Below, piece after piece: positions 15,151-29,022 of a DNA stretch of 64,000 nucleotides. The DNA is taken from assembly GCA_963716375.1 (NCBI GenBank), contig OY970306.1, positions 2,296,477 to 2,360,476 on the forward strand. The letters run 5' to 3'. The notes under the pieces were generated by a model. That model saw nothing but the letters and a program-made list of their open reading frames with translations. It made no database searches and was not told where the DNA came from. A program made the position numbers and the translations under genes. This stretch comes from an uncultured Chloroflexia bacterium (lineage in GTDB: Bacteria > Chloroflexota > Limnocylindria > Limnocylindrales > CSP1-4). How positions within the stretch are numbered: the first letter of the stretch is position 1; each line of letters begins with the position of its first letter.

Positions 15151-15288
15151 CCAACGATCACCTGGTGGCAATGCGGCAGAAACCTGCGGCGGCTGTCGGC
15201 CCCGACGGCCGCGCTGGAGCCACCGACCAACCTCGTCGGCGCGGGCGGCATCGAACCGACGCCCCGGCCCGCGCCTCCTCGTTCGTCT
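15151..15288 (-). repeat. intergenic repeat family, copy 2 (core + tail), right arm of the palindrome
   Basis: The reverse complement reads GACGAACGAGGAGGCGCGGGCCGGGGCGTCGGTTCGATGCC...GGTGGCTCCAGCGCGGCC...TGCCACCAGGTGATCGTTGG. Confidence 0.8.
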
Positions 15289-15340
15289 TCGCCCGGGAGT
15301 GCAACAGGGTCGGCCGCCGCTCGCGGGTCGTGGCGCGGCC

Positions 15341-15346
15341 TAGACT
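15341..15346 (+). promoter_or_regulatory. putative -10 hexamer TAGACT, 7 nt before the ATG of the amidohydrolase gene (leaderless geometry)
   Basis: The sequence reads ggccTAGACTttcggccATGgag. No SD is possible in the 7-nt gap. Confidence 0.4.
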
Positions 15347-15353
15347 TTCGGCC

Positions 15354-16625
15354 ATGGAGACGCAGCGCATTTCGGTCGGGAATCTCATCGATGGCACCGG
15401 GGCCGCCGCTCAGCGCGACTGGGCGATCCTCGTCGAGGGCGAGACGATCGTCGACGTCGGGCCGGATGCGCGGGTGCCCCGGCCGGCTCACGCGCGAATG
15501 CGCGAATACCCGGGCGGAACGGCGCTGCCGGGCCTCATCGATACGCACGTCCATCTCGTGATCCCCCGCTCGACGGGCAGCATGCTCGACGAGATGCTGG
15601 CGATGTCCGACGACGAGCTGGTCGTCCTGGGTGCGGCTTCGGCGGAGCGGTTCCTGCGGGCCGGCGTGACGACGATCTTCGACTGCGGCGGGCGCGGCGA
15701 CACCGTGTTCCGGATCCGCGACGCCGTGAACAAGGGCCTCGTGCTGGGGCCCCGAACGCTGATCAGCGGCCGGCCGATCACGCCGACCGGCGGCCACTGC
15801 TGGTGGTGGGGCGGCGAGGCGGACGGGGTCGAAGGCGTGCGCGACGCCGTGATCCGGCTCCTCGACGAGGAGGGCGCCGACGGCATCAAGATGATGGCGA
15901 CGGGCGGCTACATGACGACGACCACGACGCCCGGCCAGGCGACCTATCCGCTCGAGGTCTTCGAGGCGGCCGTCGAGGAGGCGCACCGGCGCGGGCGCTA
16001 CATCACCGCGCACGCCCACGGCGTCGAAGGCATGCGGCTCGCGTCGGAGGCCGGCATCGATTGCCTTCAGCACGCCTCGATGATCGGGCCGGACGGGACG
16101 TGGCAGTTCTCGGACGAGGTCGCGCGTGGCATGGCGACCCGCGGCACCCGGGCGGCGATGACGATGGCCCAGAGCATGCGCGTCGAGCGCGAACGCGGCA
16201 CGGACGTCGACTGGCGCAAGGCGAAGCGCGGCGACCGGCTCGGGATCGCGATGTGGATGGCCGACGCGCGGCAGCTCGCCGATGCGGGCGTGGAGCTGGT
16301 GATCGGCACGGACATGTCGAGCGTCATCGACACGGACCACGGCGAGGAGACGATCCTCGAGATCGAGGCGTTCGTGGAGATCGGGTTCACGCCGCTCGAG
16401 GCGATCCGCGCGGCGACGGCGCTGGCGGCGGTGAACCTGAAGATCGAGGGGCTCACGGGTCGCCTGGCGCCCGGCCTTGCGGCCGACGTGCTGATCGTCG
16501 AGGGCGAGCCACATCGCGACATCCACGACCTGCGGAACGGGCGGCTCGTGCTGCGCGCGGGTCGGCCGGTGCTGCCGACGCCGCTCGCTCCGCCACCGAA
16601 GCGACTGGCCGCCCTGCCCGCCTGA
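15354..16625 (+). CDS. metal-dependent amidohydrolase (imidazolonepropionase/prolidase-related family)
   Basis: 423 aa, from the internal ATG (METQRISVGNLIDGTG) of the listed 15165..16625 ORF. Blocks: LPGLIDTHVHL, GVTTIFDCGG, ADGIKMMATGG, ITAHAHG and IGTD. It is a paralog of the partial gene at 62983-64000. Confidence 0.85.
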   Translation: METQRISVGNLIDGTGAAAQRDWAILVEGETIVDVGPDARVPRPAHARMREYPGGTALPGLIDTHVHLVIPRSTGSMLDEMLAMSDDELVVLGAASAERFLRAGVTTIFDCGGRGDTVFRIRDAVNKGLVLGPRTLISGRPITPTGGHCWWWGGEADGVEGVRDAVIRLLDEEGADGIKMMATGGYMTTTTTPGQATYPLEVFEAAVEEAHRRGRYITAHAHGVEGMRLASEAGIDCLQHASMIGPDGTWQFSDEVARGMATRGTRAAMTMAQSMRVERERGTDVDWRKAKRGDRLGIAMWMADARQLADAGVELVIGTDMSSVIDTDHGEETILEIEAFVEIGFTPLEAIRAATALAAVNLKIEGLTGRLAPGLAADVLIVEGEPHRDIHDLRNGRLVLRAGRPVLPTPLAPPPKRLAALPA

Positions 16626-16746
16626 AGGGAACGGTCGGACGCCTCGCGCCAGGCGCATCGCCGGCCTGAGGGACGCGGCCCGGCGCAGGATCGGGACCGC
16701 GCAACGCGGGTGGTCGGCCGACCGCCGAGCGCGGCCGGCGGCCCGC

Positions 16747-17007
16747 TCAGATCAGTGGCGTGCCGTCCGCGGCGTGGCTGAGATCGGCGCACTCGATGAG
16801 GCAGCCTCGCGCATCGCGCCCGGGCGCCCCGCTGAAGTGCCGCCACAGGGTCACGGACTCGCCGTCGTTGTCATACCACCCGGGGGCCTGCTCGAGGCGA
16901 CAGCCGCAGGCGCGGCAGACGGTCGGGCCCTGGTGACTCGACCAGCTGGTGGCCGTCAGGCGGAATGTCTCGATCGGGGTGGACGGGCGGGCGTTGTAGA
17001 GACTCAT
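16747..17007 (-). CDS. small Cys-rich hypothetical protein
   Basis: 86 aa with five Cys (CRACGC ... GCLIEC). A perfect SD (AGGAGG) lies 6 nt before the ATG. It sits 76 nt downstream of gltB on the same strand. Confidence 0.55.
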   Translation of the reverse strand: MSLYNARPSTPIETFRLTATSWSSHQGPTVCRACGCRLEQAPGWYDNDGESVTLWRHFSGAPGRDARGCLIECADLSHAADGTPLI

Positions 17008-17083
17008 CGCGATCCTCCTGCTGGGCGGCCGGCACTGGGAAAGAGGAAGTCAGAAATACGCCGGGTGGTCGGCGGGTCGCTGG

Positions 17084-21844
<4,761 letters not shown>

Positions 21845-22024
21845 GGCCGGCCGCCGGGGATCGCCGGGGTGGTCGCCACGACGGGCAGCCTGACCCGCGG
21901 TCCAATCGCGAATCTAGGCCGGCTCGAGGACCCGGTCAGCGACAGGCGGGTGTCGCTTGGGTTGCGATTGGGAACGGCCCGGCAGGGCGCGAGCCGCAGC
22001 CCCGCGAAGGTCTACGATCGGCGT

Positions 22025-23785
22025 GTGCCGACCCGACCTCCGACTCGTGTGAACCGGCGCACGATCGCCGCCATCGTGCCGCCGGCGCGGCGCCCGACCG
22101 GCCGTCGGGCCGTCCTCATCGTGGCCGCATCGGCGCTGATCCTGGCGGGCGCCAGCCTCGTCATCGTCTTGGTCGAGGGGCCGCTCGATGTCCCGGATGC
22201 GTCGCCGGTGTACCTGGTGGCCGTCGTCGCGATTGCCACGCTCTTCGGGACGTGGCCGGCGATCGGCAGCGCCATTGCGTCGTTCCTGCTGTACGACCTG
22301 CTGTTCATCGAGCCGCGGTTCACGCTCACCGTCGCCGATCCCCGCGAGTGGATCAACCTGCTGCTGTTCCTGCTCGTCGGGATCGTGATCGGCCGGCTGG
22401 TCGCCCTTCAGGCTGAGCGAGCCGACGAGGCCGACCGGAGAGCCCGCGAGGCCCTCGCGCTGTTCGGCATCAGCCGCGCGTTGGCCACCGCCTCGACGGT
22501 CGCGGAGGCTGCCCCGGCCGTGCTGCGGCTGCTCGTGGCCGACAGCCGGATGGATCGGATCTGGGTCGCCACGAGCAGTCCCGCGGGGGAGGTGACGATC
22601 GTCGACTCGGCGCCGGACCAGCCGCGGCCGGCCGGCCGGGTCCACTGGCTGCTGGCGCGGACGCCCGGCGACCAGCCCGCGAAATGGGTCCGCCAGCACG
22701 TCGCCACGGAGCCACGCCGCCCCGGCGCCCCGGCGCCGTCGGTCGCCGCGGGCAGCGCATCGGGCGCGGCGGGCGGCGCATCGGGCGCGGCGGGCAGCGC
22801 ATCGGTCGCGGCGGGCGCATCCGCGTCCCCGACCCGCAACGTGGCGCTGTTCAGGATCCGGGTCGAAGTCGAGGGCCAGGTACTCGGGTCCCTGTGGGCG
22901 AGCCGCGGCGACGGCGAGACGGTCCCGAACGGGGAGGAGACGCGACTGCTCTCCCTCGCCGCGGACCAGCTCGGTCTCGGCCTGCTACGCGACCAGCTCA
23001 CGTCCGAGGCGACGACCGCCGAGGTCGCGCGGCAGGCGGACGCGCTGAAGAGTGCCCTCCTCACGTCCGTCTCGCACGACCTGCGGACGCCGCTCTCGAG
23101 CATCCGGGCGGCGGCAGGCAGCCTGATGGACCCGGCGCTCGCCTGGTCCCCCGACGAGCGAATCGCGACCGCGAAGGTCATCGACCTCGAAGCAGAACGG
23201 CTGAGCCGACTCGTCCGGAATCTCCTGGACCTCAGCCGCATCGAGGGCAACGCGCTGCGGCCCGAACTCGAGGTGTTCGATCTCGGCGACCTGCTCGCGC
23301 CGATCGTCGGCCGCCTCGGTTCCGTGGTCGGCGCCGGCCGGGTCGAGCTGGATCTGGCGGCCGATCTCCCGCCAGTCCGAATCGATGCCATCTACCTCGA
23401 CGAAGCGATCACGAACCTGCTCGAGAATGCCGCGCGGTACGCGGGCCCCGGCGCGCGGATCCGGATCGACGGCCGGCAGACAGCGCCGGGCGTCGTCACG
23501 GTCGTCGTGGAAGACGGCGGACCGGGCGTGCCGGCCGATGCCCTGCCTCGTCTCTTCGAGAAGTTCTATCGGGCGCCTGGCGCGAAGGCGGTCTCCCAGC
23601 GCGGGATGGGGATCGGGCTCAGCGTCGTCAAGGGCCTCGTCGAGGCGATGGGCGGCCAGGTGAACGCACGCCCGAGCGAGCTCGGCGGCCTCGCGGTCGA
23701 GCTGCTCCTGCCGGCGGCCCCGCCGGCGCCGGGCGACTCCGCGTCCGCGGAGCGATTGACCGCGGATCCAGCTCGCTCGAATTGA
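22025..23785 (+). CDS. kdpD: sensor histidine kinase, C-terminal KdpD-type half (DUF4118 membrane domain + GAF-like + HisKA + HATPase)
   Basis: Membrane block: ASPVYLVAVVAIATLFGTWPAIGSAIASFLLYDLLFIEPRFTL. H-box: SHDLRTPLSSI. N/G boxes: NLLENAARY and GMGIGLSVVKGLVE. It lacks the KdpD N-terminal/Usp part. The start is uncertain (GTG at 22025 or 22049; the ORF is open from 21869). Confidence 0.82.
   Translation: MPTRPPTRVNRRTIAAIVPPARRPTGRRAVLIVAASALILAGASLVIVLVEGPLDVPDASPVYLVAVVAIATLFGTWPAIGSAIASFLLYDLLFIEPRFTLTVADPREWINLLLFLLVGIVIGRLVALQAERADEADRRAREALALFGISRALATASTVAEAAPAVLRLLVADSRMDRIWVATSSPAGEVTIVDSAPDQPRPAGRVHWLLARTPGDQPAKWVRQHVATEPRRPGAPAPSVAAGSASGAAGGASGAAGSASVAAGASASPTRNVALFRIRVEVEGQVLGSLWASRGDGETVPNGEETRLLSLAADQLGLGLLRDQLTSEATTAEVARQADALKSALLTSVSHDLRTPLSSIRAAAGSLMDPALAWSPDERIATAKVIDLEAERLSRLVRNLLDLSRIEGNALRPELEVFDLGDLLAPIVGRLGSVVGAGRVELDLAADLPPVRIDAIYLDEAITNLLENAARYAGPGARIRIDGRQTAPGVVTVVVEDGGPGVPADALPRLFEKFYRAPGAKAVSQRGMGIGLSVVKGLVEAMGGQVNARPSELGGLAVELLLPAAPPAPGDSASAERLTADPARSN
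22748..22825 (+). repeat. in-frame 21-nt tandem repeat (about 3.5 copies) inside the kinase gene
   Basis: The units are GCGGGCAGCGCATCGGGCGCG, GCGGGCGGCGCATCGGGCGCG, GCGGGCAGCGCATCGGTCGCG, then a partial unit. They encode AGSASGAAGGASGAAGSASVAAGASAS. Confidence 0.85.
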
Positions 23786-23853
23786 GCGCTTGTTGAGGGG
23801 TCCGGCCTTCGCCTGACCCCGATTCCTCTTGGTGCCCTGCGTACGTTCAAGGC

Positions 23854-24312
23854 ATGGCAGAACCAGGGGCCGATCCCCTCGAACCATCACCGGCGCCCGC
23901 CGACCCATACCGCGCAATCCTCCTGGTCGAAGACGACGAGACCCTTGCCGGCCTGCTCGCGCACCACCTTGAGGCGCGGGGATTTCTGGTCGATGCCGTG
24001 GGCACGGCCGAAGAGGCCTCCGGCTACGTCCGAAGCGGCGTCCGGCCGTGGCTCGTCCTGCTGGACATCAACCTCCCGGGCGATTCCGGCTGGGCGCTGC
24101 TGCGCCATGGACCGCTGGCCGGCCCCGACGCTCCGCCGGTGGTCGTCATGAGTGCCGTGCCCGTGTCCCCGGCCCGCCTCCAGGAGTACCGCGTGGCCGG
24201 CTATCTGCCGAAGCCGTTTCCGATCGATGCGCTCATGGATTTCGTCGAGCGCCTCGACAACACCGCTGCAGGGCGCGGTCCGCGGACCGTCCCGGAGGGA
24301 ATCGATGCCTGA
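23854..24312 (+). CDS. single-domain response regulator (receiver only, no output domain)
   Basis: 152 aa: ILLVEDDE, LVLLDINLPGDSG (phospho-acceptor Asp), VVVMSA and YLPKPF. The protein ends ~25 aa after the receiver fold. Confidence 0.85.
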   Translation: MAEPGADPLEPSPAPADPYRAILLVEDDETLAGLLAHHLEARGFLVDAVGTAEEASGYVRSGVRPWLVLLDINLPGDSGWALLRHGPLAGPDAPPVVVMSAVPVSPARLQEYRVAGYLPKPFPIDALMDFVERLDNTAAGRGPRTVPEGIDA

Positions 24313-24394
24313 TCTCGTCGCCATCGCGTTGATCGTGGGGTGGGCGCTGGTCTTCCTGGCCTACCTGCTGATCTGCCGGGCGCTCGCGCGATGA
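24305..24394 (+). CDS. 29-aa hydrophobic micro-protein upstream of kdpF
   Basis: MPDLVAIALIVGWALVFLAYLLICRALAR forms one TM helix. Its ATG overlaps the end of the regulator gene, and its TGA overlaps the kdpF ATG (ATGA). Confidence 0.45.
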   Translation: MPDLVAIALIVGWALVFLAYLLICRALAR

Positions 24395-24480
24395 ACATCA
24401 CCGACGCCATCGGTGGCGTGATCGCGCTCCTCGTCGGCCTGTACCTCCTGTGGACCCTCGTCCGTGCGGAGGATTTTTGA
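24391..24480 (+). CDS. kdpF: K+-transporting ATPase subunit F
   Basis: MNITDAIGGVIALLVGLYLLWTLVRAEDF is 29 aa. The C-terminal L.RAEDF matches the KdpF signature (E. coli ...LINAEAF). It is not in the ORF track because it is shorter than 60 aa. It ends 1 nt before kdpA. Confidence 0.8.
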   Translation: MNITDAIGGVIALLVGLYLLWTLVRAEDF

Positions 24481-24481
24481 C

Positions 24482-26194
24482 ATGGGTGCGACTGAGATCC
24501 TGACGGCCATCGCGCTGTTCGGAGCCGTGCTGCTCGTGACGCCAGTCCTCGGCGGCTACATGTTTCGTGTGTACGAGGGCCAGCGGACGTTCCTGTCGCC
24601 GGTCCTCGGGCCCGTTGAACGCGGCACCTACCGCCTCCTGGGCGTCGACGAGGCCAGCGAGCAGGGCTGGCTCGCCTACGGCACCTCGCTGATCGTGTTC
24701 TCGTTCCTGCTGATCCTCATCCTGTACCTGCAGCAGCGGGTGCAGGACATCCTGCCGCTCAACACCAGCGGCACGACCGTCGGGCCCGTCTCGCCCGATC
24801 TCGCGTTCAACACCGCGGTCAGTTTCGGCACCAACACGAACTGGCAGAACTACTCCGGCGAGAACACGATGACGTACCTCACGCAGATGGCCGGACTCGC
24901 CGTCCGGAACTTCACGTCCGCGGCGGAAGGCATGGTCGTGGCCATCGCCCTGGTCCGCGGCCTGACGCGCCGCTCGTCGCAGACGCTCGGCAACTTCTGG
25001 GTGGACATCACCCGGACCTGCCTGTACGTCCTGCTGCCGATCAGCGTGGTCGGGGCACTCATCCTCGCGTCGCAGGGCGTCGTCCAGACGCTCGGTGGCT
25101 CCGTCGTGGCGACAACGCTCCAGGGCATCCAGCAGACCGTGTCGCTCGGGCCGGTCGCCTCCCAGGAGGTCATCAAGGAGCTCGGCAACAACGGCGGCGG
25201 CTTCTTCAACGCCAACTCCGCCCATCCGTTCGAGAATCCGAACGGCCTCACGAACCTGTTCGAGATGTTCCTGATCCTGATCATCCCGTTCGGCCTGACC
25301 TTCACGTTCGGCCGCATGGCCGGCGATCGCCGGCAGGGCTGGGCGCTTTTCGCCGTGATGATGCTCGTCCTCGTGGTCGGGGCCGGCGTGGCGATGGTCA
25401 GCGAGGCCGGCTCCAATCCGATCCTGCCCCAGGGCATCAACACGGCCCTCGGCAACATGGAGGGCAAGGAGGTCCGCTTCGGCTCCGCGGTCGGCGGCCT
25501 GTTCGCCGCGGTCACGACCGGGACGAGCACGGGCGCGGTCAACGCGATGCACGACAGCTTCCTGCCGGTCGGCGGCCTCGTGCCGCTGTTCAACATCGAA
25601 CTGGGCGAGATCGTGCCGGGCGGCGCCGGCGCCGGCCTCTACGGGATCCTGATGTTCGCGATCCTGGCGGTCTTCATCGCCGGCCTGATGGTCGGCCGGA
25701 CGCCCGAGTTCCTCGGCAAGAAGATCGAGGCCTTCGAGATCAAGATGGCGATGCTGGTCGTCCTCGTCCTGGCCGCGAGCATCCTCGGCTTCACGGCCCT
25801 TGCCGTCGCCATTCCGATCGGGGTGAGCAGCATCCTGAACCCCGGACCGCACGGCTTCAGCGAGATCCTCTACGCCTTCAGCAGCCAGACCGGCAACAAC
25901 GGCTCGGCGTTCGCCGGCCTGACCGGCAACACGGACTTCTACAACCTCACTGGCGGCTTCGCGATGCTGCTCGGCCGGTTCGGAATGATGATCCCGATCC
26001 TGGCCATCGCCGGCTCCATGGCCGCCAAGCGGCGCGTCGCGCCGTCCCTGGGCACGTTCCCAACCACGGGACCGCTCTGGGTGGGGCTCCTCATTGGCGT
26101 GATTCTCATCGTGGGCGCACTCACGTTCTTCCCGGCGCTGGCGCTGGGCCCGATCGTCGAGCAGCTGCTCATGCAGGCCGGGAAGGTGTTCTGA
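24482..26194 (+). CDS. kdpA: K+-transporting ATPase subunit A
   Basis: 570 aa, starting at [14 protein letters not shown] with GGAGGA 9 nt upstream. It has about 10 TM segments. Blocks: [31 protein letters not shown] and TGTSTGAVN. Confidence 0.93.
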   Translation: MGATEILTAIALFGAVLLVTPVLGGYMFRVYEGQRTFLSPVLGPVERGTYRLLGVDEASEQGWLAYGTSLIVFSFLLILILYLQQRVQDILPLNTSGTTVGPVSPDLAFNTAVSFGTNTNWQNYSGENTMTYLTQMAGLAVRNFTSAAEGMVVAIALVRGLTRRSSQTLGNFWVDITRTCLYVLLPISVVGALILASQGVVQTLGGSVVATTLQGIQQTVSLGPVASQEVIKELGNNGGGFFNANSAHPFENPNGLTNLFEMFLILIIPFGLTFTFGRMAGDRRQGWALFAVMMLVLVVGAGVAMVSEAGSNPILPQGINTALGNMEGKEVRFGSAVGGLFAAVTTGTSTGAVNAMHDSFLPVGGLVPLFNIELGEIVPGGAGAGLYGILMFAILAVFIAGLMVGRTPEFLGKKIEAFEIKMAMLVVLVLAASILGFTALAVAIPIGVSSILNPGPHGFSEILYAFSSQTGNNGSAFAGLTGNTDFYNLTGGFAMLLGRFGMMIPILAIAGSMAAKRRVAPSLGTFPTTGPLWVGLLIGVILIVGALTFFPALALGPIVEQLLMQAGKVF

Positions 26195-28398
26195 TGCTCA
26201 GCTCACGCGGTACCACAACAGCAACCGCCGGCCGAATTGCCCGGACGGTGATCGACACGAGCCGCGGCACGCGCCGCGCGCAGCGCGCCGAAAAGGAGGC
26301 CCGCAGCGGCGGAACCGCCGGCGGCCCGCGCGGGATCTTCGATCCGCAACTCCTGCGATCGGCGATCCCGCAGGCCGTTCGCAAGCTCGATCCGCGCAGC
26401 ATGATCCGCAACCCGGTCATGTTCGTCGTCGAGATCGCGGCCGCGCTGGTGACGGTCGTCTTCGTCCTGGACGCGACCGGGGTCAGCGCGGGTGCACCCC
26501 GCGAGATCGGGCGCAGCGTCGGCTTCGAGTTGCAGATCGCCATCTGGCTCTGGTTCACGGCCCTCTTTGCGACCTATGCCGAGGCATTGGCCGAGGCCCG
26601 CGGCAAGGCCCAGGCGGCAACCCTTCGCCGCACCCGATCCCAGACGACCGCCCATCGCCGGCGGGCGGATGGCTCGATCGAGGACATCGGCTCCAGCGAG
26701 CTTCGCGCCGGCGACGTGATCGTCGTCCGTGAAGGCGAGACCATCCCCGGTGACGGCGACGTCGTCGAAGGCGTGGCCTACGTCAACGAGGCCGTGATCA
26801 CGGGCGAATCGGCACCGGTCCTGAAGGAGCCGGGCACGGATATCCGATCGTCGGTCACCGGCGGCACATTCGTCACCAGCGACACGCTGGCGATCCGGAT
26901 CACGGCCAACCCCGGCGACACGTTCCTCGACCGGATGATCGCGCTCGTGGAAGGGGCCAAGCGCAAGCGGACTCCGAACGAGATCGCGCTCTCGATCCTG
27001 CTCTCGGGCCTCACCATCGTGTTCCTCCTGGCCACGGCGACGCTTCGGCCATTCGGGCTCTACGCGGACGCGCCGCTGGGCGTCGTCGTCCTCGTCGCGC
27101 TGCTCGTGTGCCTGATCCCGACGACCATCGGCGGCCTCCTGTCCGCGATCGGCATCGCCGGCATGGATCGCGTGGCGCGCTTCAACGTCCTCGCGATGAG
27201 CGGGCGCGCGGTCGAAGCGTCCGGCGACGTGGACGTGATCCTGCTCGACAAGACCGGCACGATCACGTTCGGCAATCGACTGGCCTCGGCGATCACGCCC
27301 TTCGCGGGCGTCGACGAGACCGAGGTCCTGCGAGCCGCGCTCCTGACCTCCATCCATGACGAGACGCCCGAGGGCCGCTCGATCGTCGAGTTCGCCAGCG
27401 CGCGCCTCGGACTCGCGGCACCCGACCAGGCCGCGACGACCGCCGCGCCGGCCGTTGGCGAGGAGATCCGGGAAGTAATCCCGTTCTCCGCCCAGACGCG
27501 GATGAGCGGCGTGATCCTGACCGACGGTGCCGTCGTCATGAAGGGTGCGGCCGACGCGATCGCGGCCACGCTCGAAGGGCCGGTACCGCCCGACCTGGGG
27601 ACCCTCGCCGACGCCATCGGCGGCCGCGGCGCGACGCCGCTCGCCATCCGCCGCGACGGCCGCGGCCTCGGCATGATCGAGCTCAAGGACACGGTCAAGC
27701 CCGGCCTGAAGGAGCGCTTCGACGAGCTCCGGCGGATGGGCATCCGGACCGTGATGGTCACGGGCGACAACCCGCTGACCGCGAAGACGATCGCCGAGGA
27801 GGCGGGAGTCGACGACTTCCTGGCCCAGGCCAAGCCCGAGGACAAGATCGCGCTCATCCGCAAGGAGCAGGCGGACGGCCACCTTGTCGCGATGACCGGC
27901 GACGGCACCAACGACGCCCCGGCCGTGGCCCAGGCCGACGTCGGCATGGCCATGAACAGCGGCACGTCGGCCTGCAAGGAGGCGGCCAACATGGTCGACC
28001 TCGACTCGAACCCGACGAAGCTGATCGAGGTCATCGCGATCGGGAAGCAGCTGCTGATCACGCGCGGCGCGATCACGACATTCTCCATCGCCAACGACGT
28101 CGCCAAGTACTTCGCGATCCTGCCGGCGATGTTCGTGGTCGCCTACCCGGAGCTCGACCAGCTCAACGTCATGCGGCTGTCGACGCCGGAGAGCGCCATC
28201 CTGTCGGCCGTCATCTTCAACGCGCTGATCATCATCGCGCTCGTCCCGCTGTCGATCCGCGGCGTCGCCTATCGAGCCGCCCCGGCCAGCGAGCTGCTCC
28301 GCCGGAACCTCCTGATCTACGGAGTCGGCGGGATCATCGCCCCCTTCATCGGCATCAAGGCGATCGATGTGATCGTCTCGGCGCTGCACCTCGCCTGA
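26194..28398 (+). CDS. kdpB: K+-transporting P-type ATPase subunit B
   Basis: 734 aa with DKTGTIT, MVTGDN and [10 protein letters not shown]. Its start overlaps the kdpA stop. Confidence 0.95.
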   Translation: MLSSRGTTTATAGRIARTVIDTSRGTRRAQRAEKEARSGGTAGGPRGIFDPQLLRSAIPQAVRKLDPRSMIRNPVMFVVEIAAALVTVVFVLDATGVSAGAPREIGRSVGFELQIAIWLWFTALFATYAEALAEARGKAQAATLRRTRSQTTAHRRRADGSIEDIGSSELRAGDVIVVREGETIPGDGDVVEGVAYVNEAVITGESAPVLKEPGTDIRSSVTGGTFVTSDTLAIRITANPGDTFLDRMIALVEGAKRKRTPNEIALSILLSGLTIVFLLATATLRPFGLYADAPLGVVVLVALLVCLIPTTIGGLLSAIGIAGMDRVARFNVLAMSGRAVEASGDVDVILLDKTGTITFGNRLASAITPFAGVDETEVLRAALLTSIHDETPEGRSIVEFASARLGLAAPDQAATTAAPAVGEEIREVIPFSAQTRMSGVILTDGAVVMKGAADAIAATLEGPVPPDLGTLADAIGGRGATPLAIRRDGRGLGMIELKDTVKPGLKERFDELRRMGIRTVMVTGDNPLTAKTIAEEAGVDDFLAQAKPEDKIALIRKEQADGHLVAMTGDGTNDAPAVAQADVGMAMNSGTSACKEAANMVDLDSNPTKLIEVIAIGKQLLITRGAITTFSIANDVAKYFAILPAMFVVAYPELDQLNVMRLSTPESAILSAVIFNALIIIALVPLSIRGVAYRAAPASELLRRNLLIYGVGGIIAPFIGIKAIDVIVSALHLA

Positions 28399-28412
28399 GG
28401 CAGGAGTCCGTC

Positions 28413-29012
28413 ATGTCAACCTTTGTGCGCAGCCAGCTCCGGCCGGCCATCGCCCTCATCTTCGTCCTGACCCTCATCACTGGCTTCGCCTACCCGGCCG
28501 CCGTCACCGCGGTCGCCCAGGTCGCGTTCCCGAGCCAGGCCAACGGTTCGCTGGTCGTGATCAATGGCACGACCATGGGCTCGGCCCTGATCGGCCAGGC
28601 CTTCAGCGACCCGAAGTACTTCTGGAGCCGGCTCTCGGCCGCCGGCGCGACGGCAACGAACCCGGGCGGCTACGACGGCACCGCCTCGGGTGGCTCCAAC
28701 CTCGGGCCGACGAACAAGACCCTCATCGATCGGGTCACGGCCGATCTGGCGCGGCTCCAGGCAGCGAACCCCGGCGGCGCGCTCGTGCCGATCGACCTCC
28801 TGACATCATCCGCATCCGGCCTCGATCCGGACATCAGCCCGGCGGCGGCCGAATACCAGGTCGTCCGCGTCGCCACGGCGCGCGGGATCAGCCCCGACGC
28901 CGTTCGGGCGCTGGTGGCCAGGCACACGACCCAGCCGATCCTCGGGTTCCTGGGAGAGCCGCACGTCAACGTGCTCCAGCTCAACCTCGACCTCGACGGC
29001 CTGCTGCGGTGA
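28413..29012 (+). CDS. kdpC: K+-transporting ATPase subunit C
   Basis: 199 aa with a single N-terminal TM. Blocks: GSNLGPTN, DLLTSSASGLDPDISP and HVNVLQLNL. Confidence 0.92.
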   Translation: MSTFVRSQLRPAIALIFVLTLITGFAYPAAVTAVAQVAFPSQANGSLVVINGTTMGSALIGQAFSDPKYFWSRLSAAGATATNPGGYDGTASGGSNLGPTNKTLIDRVTADLARLQAANPGGALVPIDLLTSSASGLDPDISPAAAEYQVVRVATARGISPDAVRALVARHTTQPILGFLGEPHVNVLQLNLDLDGLLR

Positions 29013-29022
29013 CGGGCGGCAG

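Noticed and set aside
14897-15353. Autonomous insertion sequence, given the long terminal inverted repeats
   Set aside because: No transposase-like ORF lies between or near the arms (the internal segment is only ~117 nt) and I saw no clear target-site duplication. At most it is a non-autonomous (MITE/REP-like) element.
14856-16658. 600-aa minus-strand ORF across the repeat region and the amidohydrolase gene
   Set aside because: It is antisense to a gene with clear amidohydrolase motifs and has low-complexity Arg/Pro composition.
22748-22825. Tandem repeats here, at 50054-50101 and at 57466-57590, considered as CRISPR arrays
   Set aside because: The units are contiguous with no spacers and are 12-21 nt long. 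Two of the three arrays are in frame inside genes. No cas genes are present.
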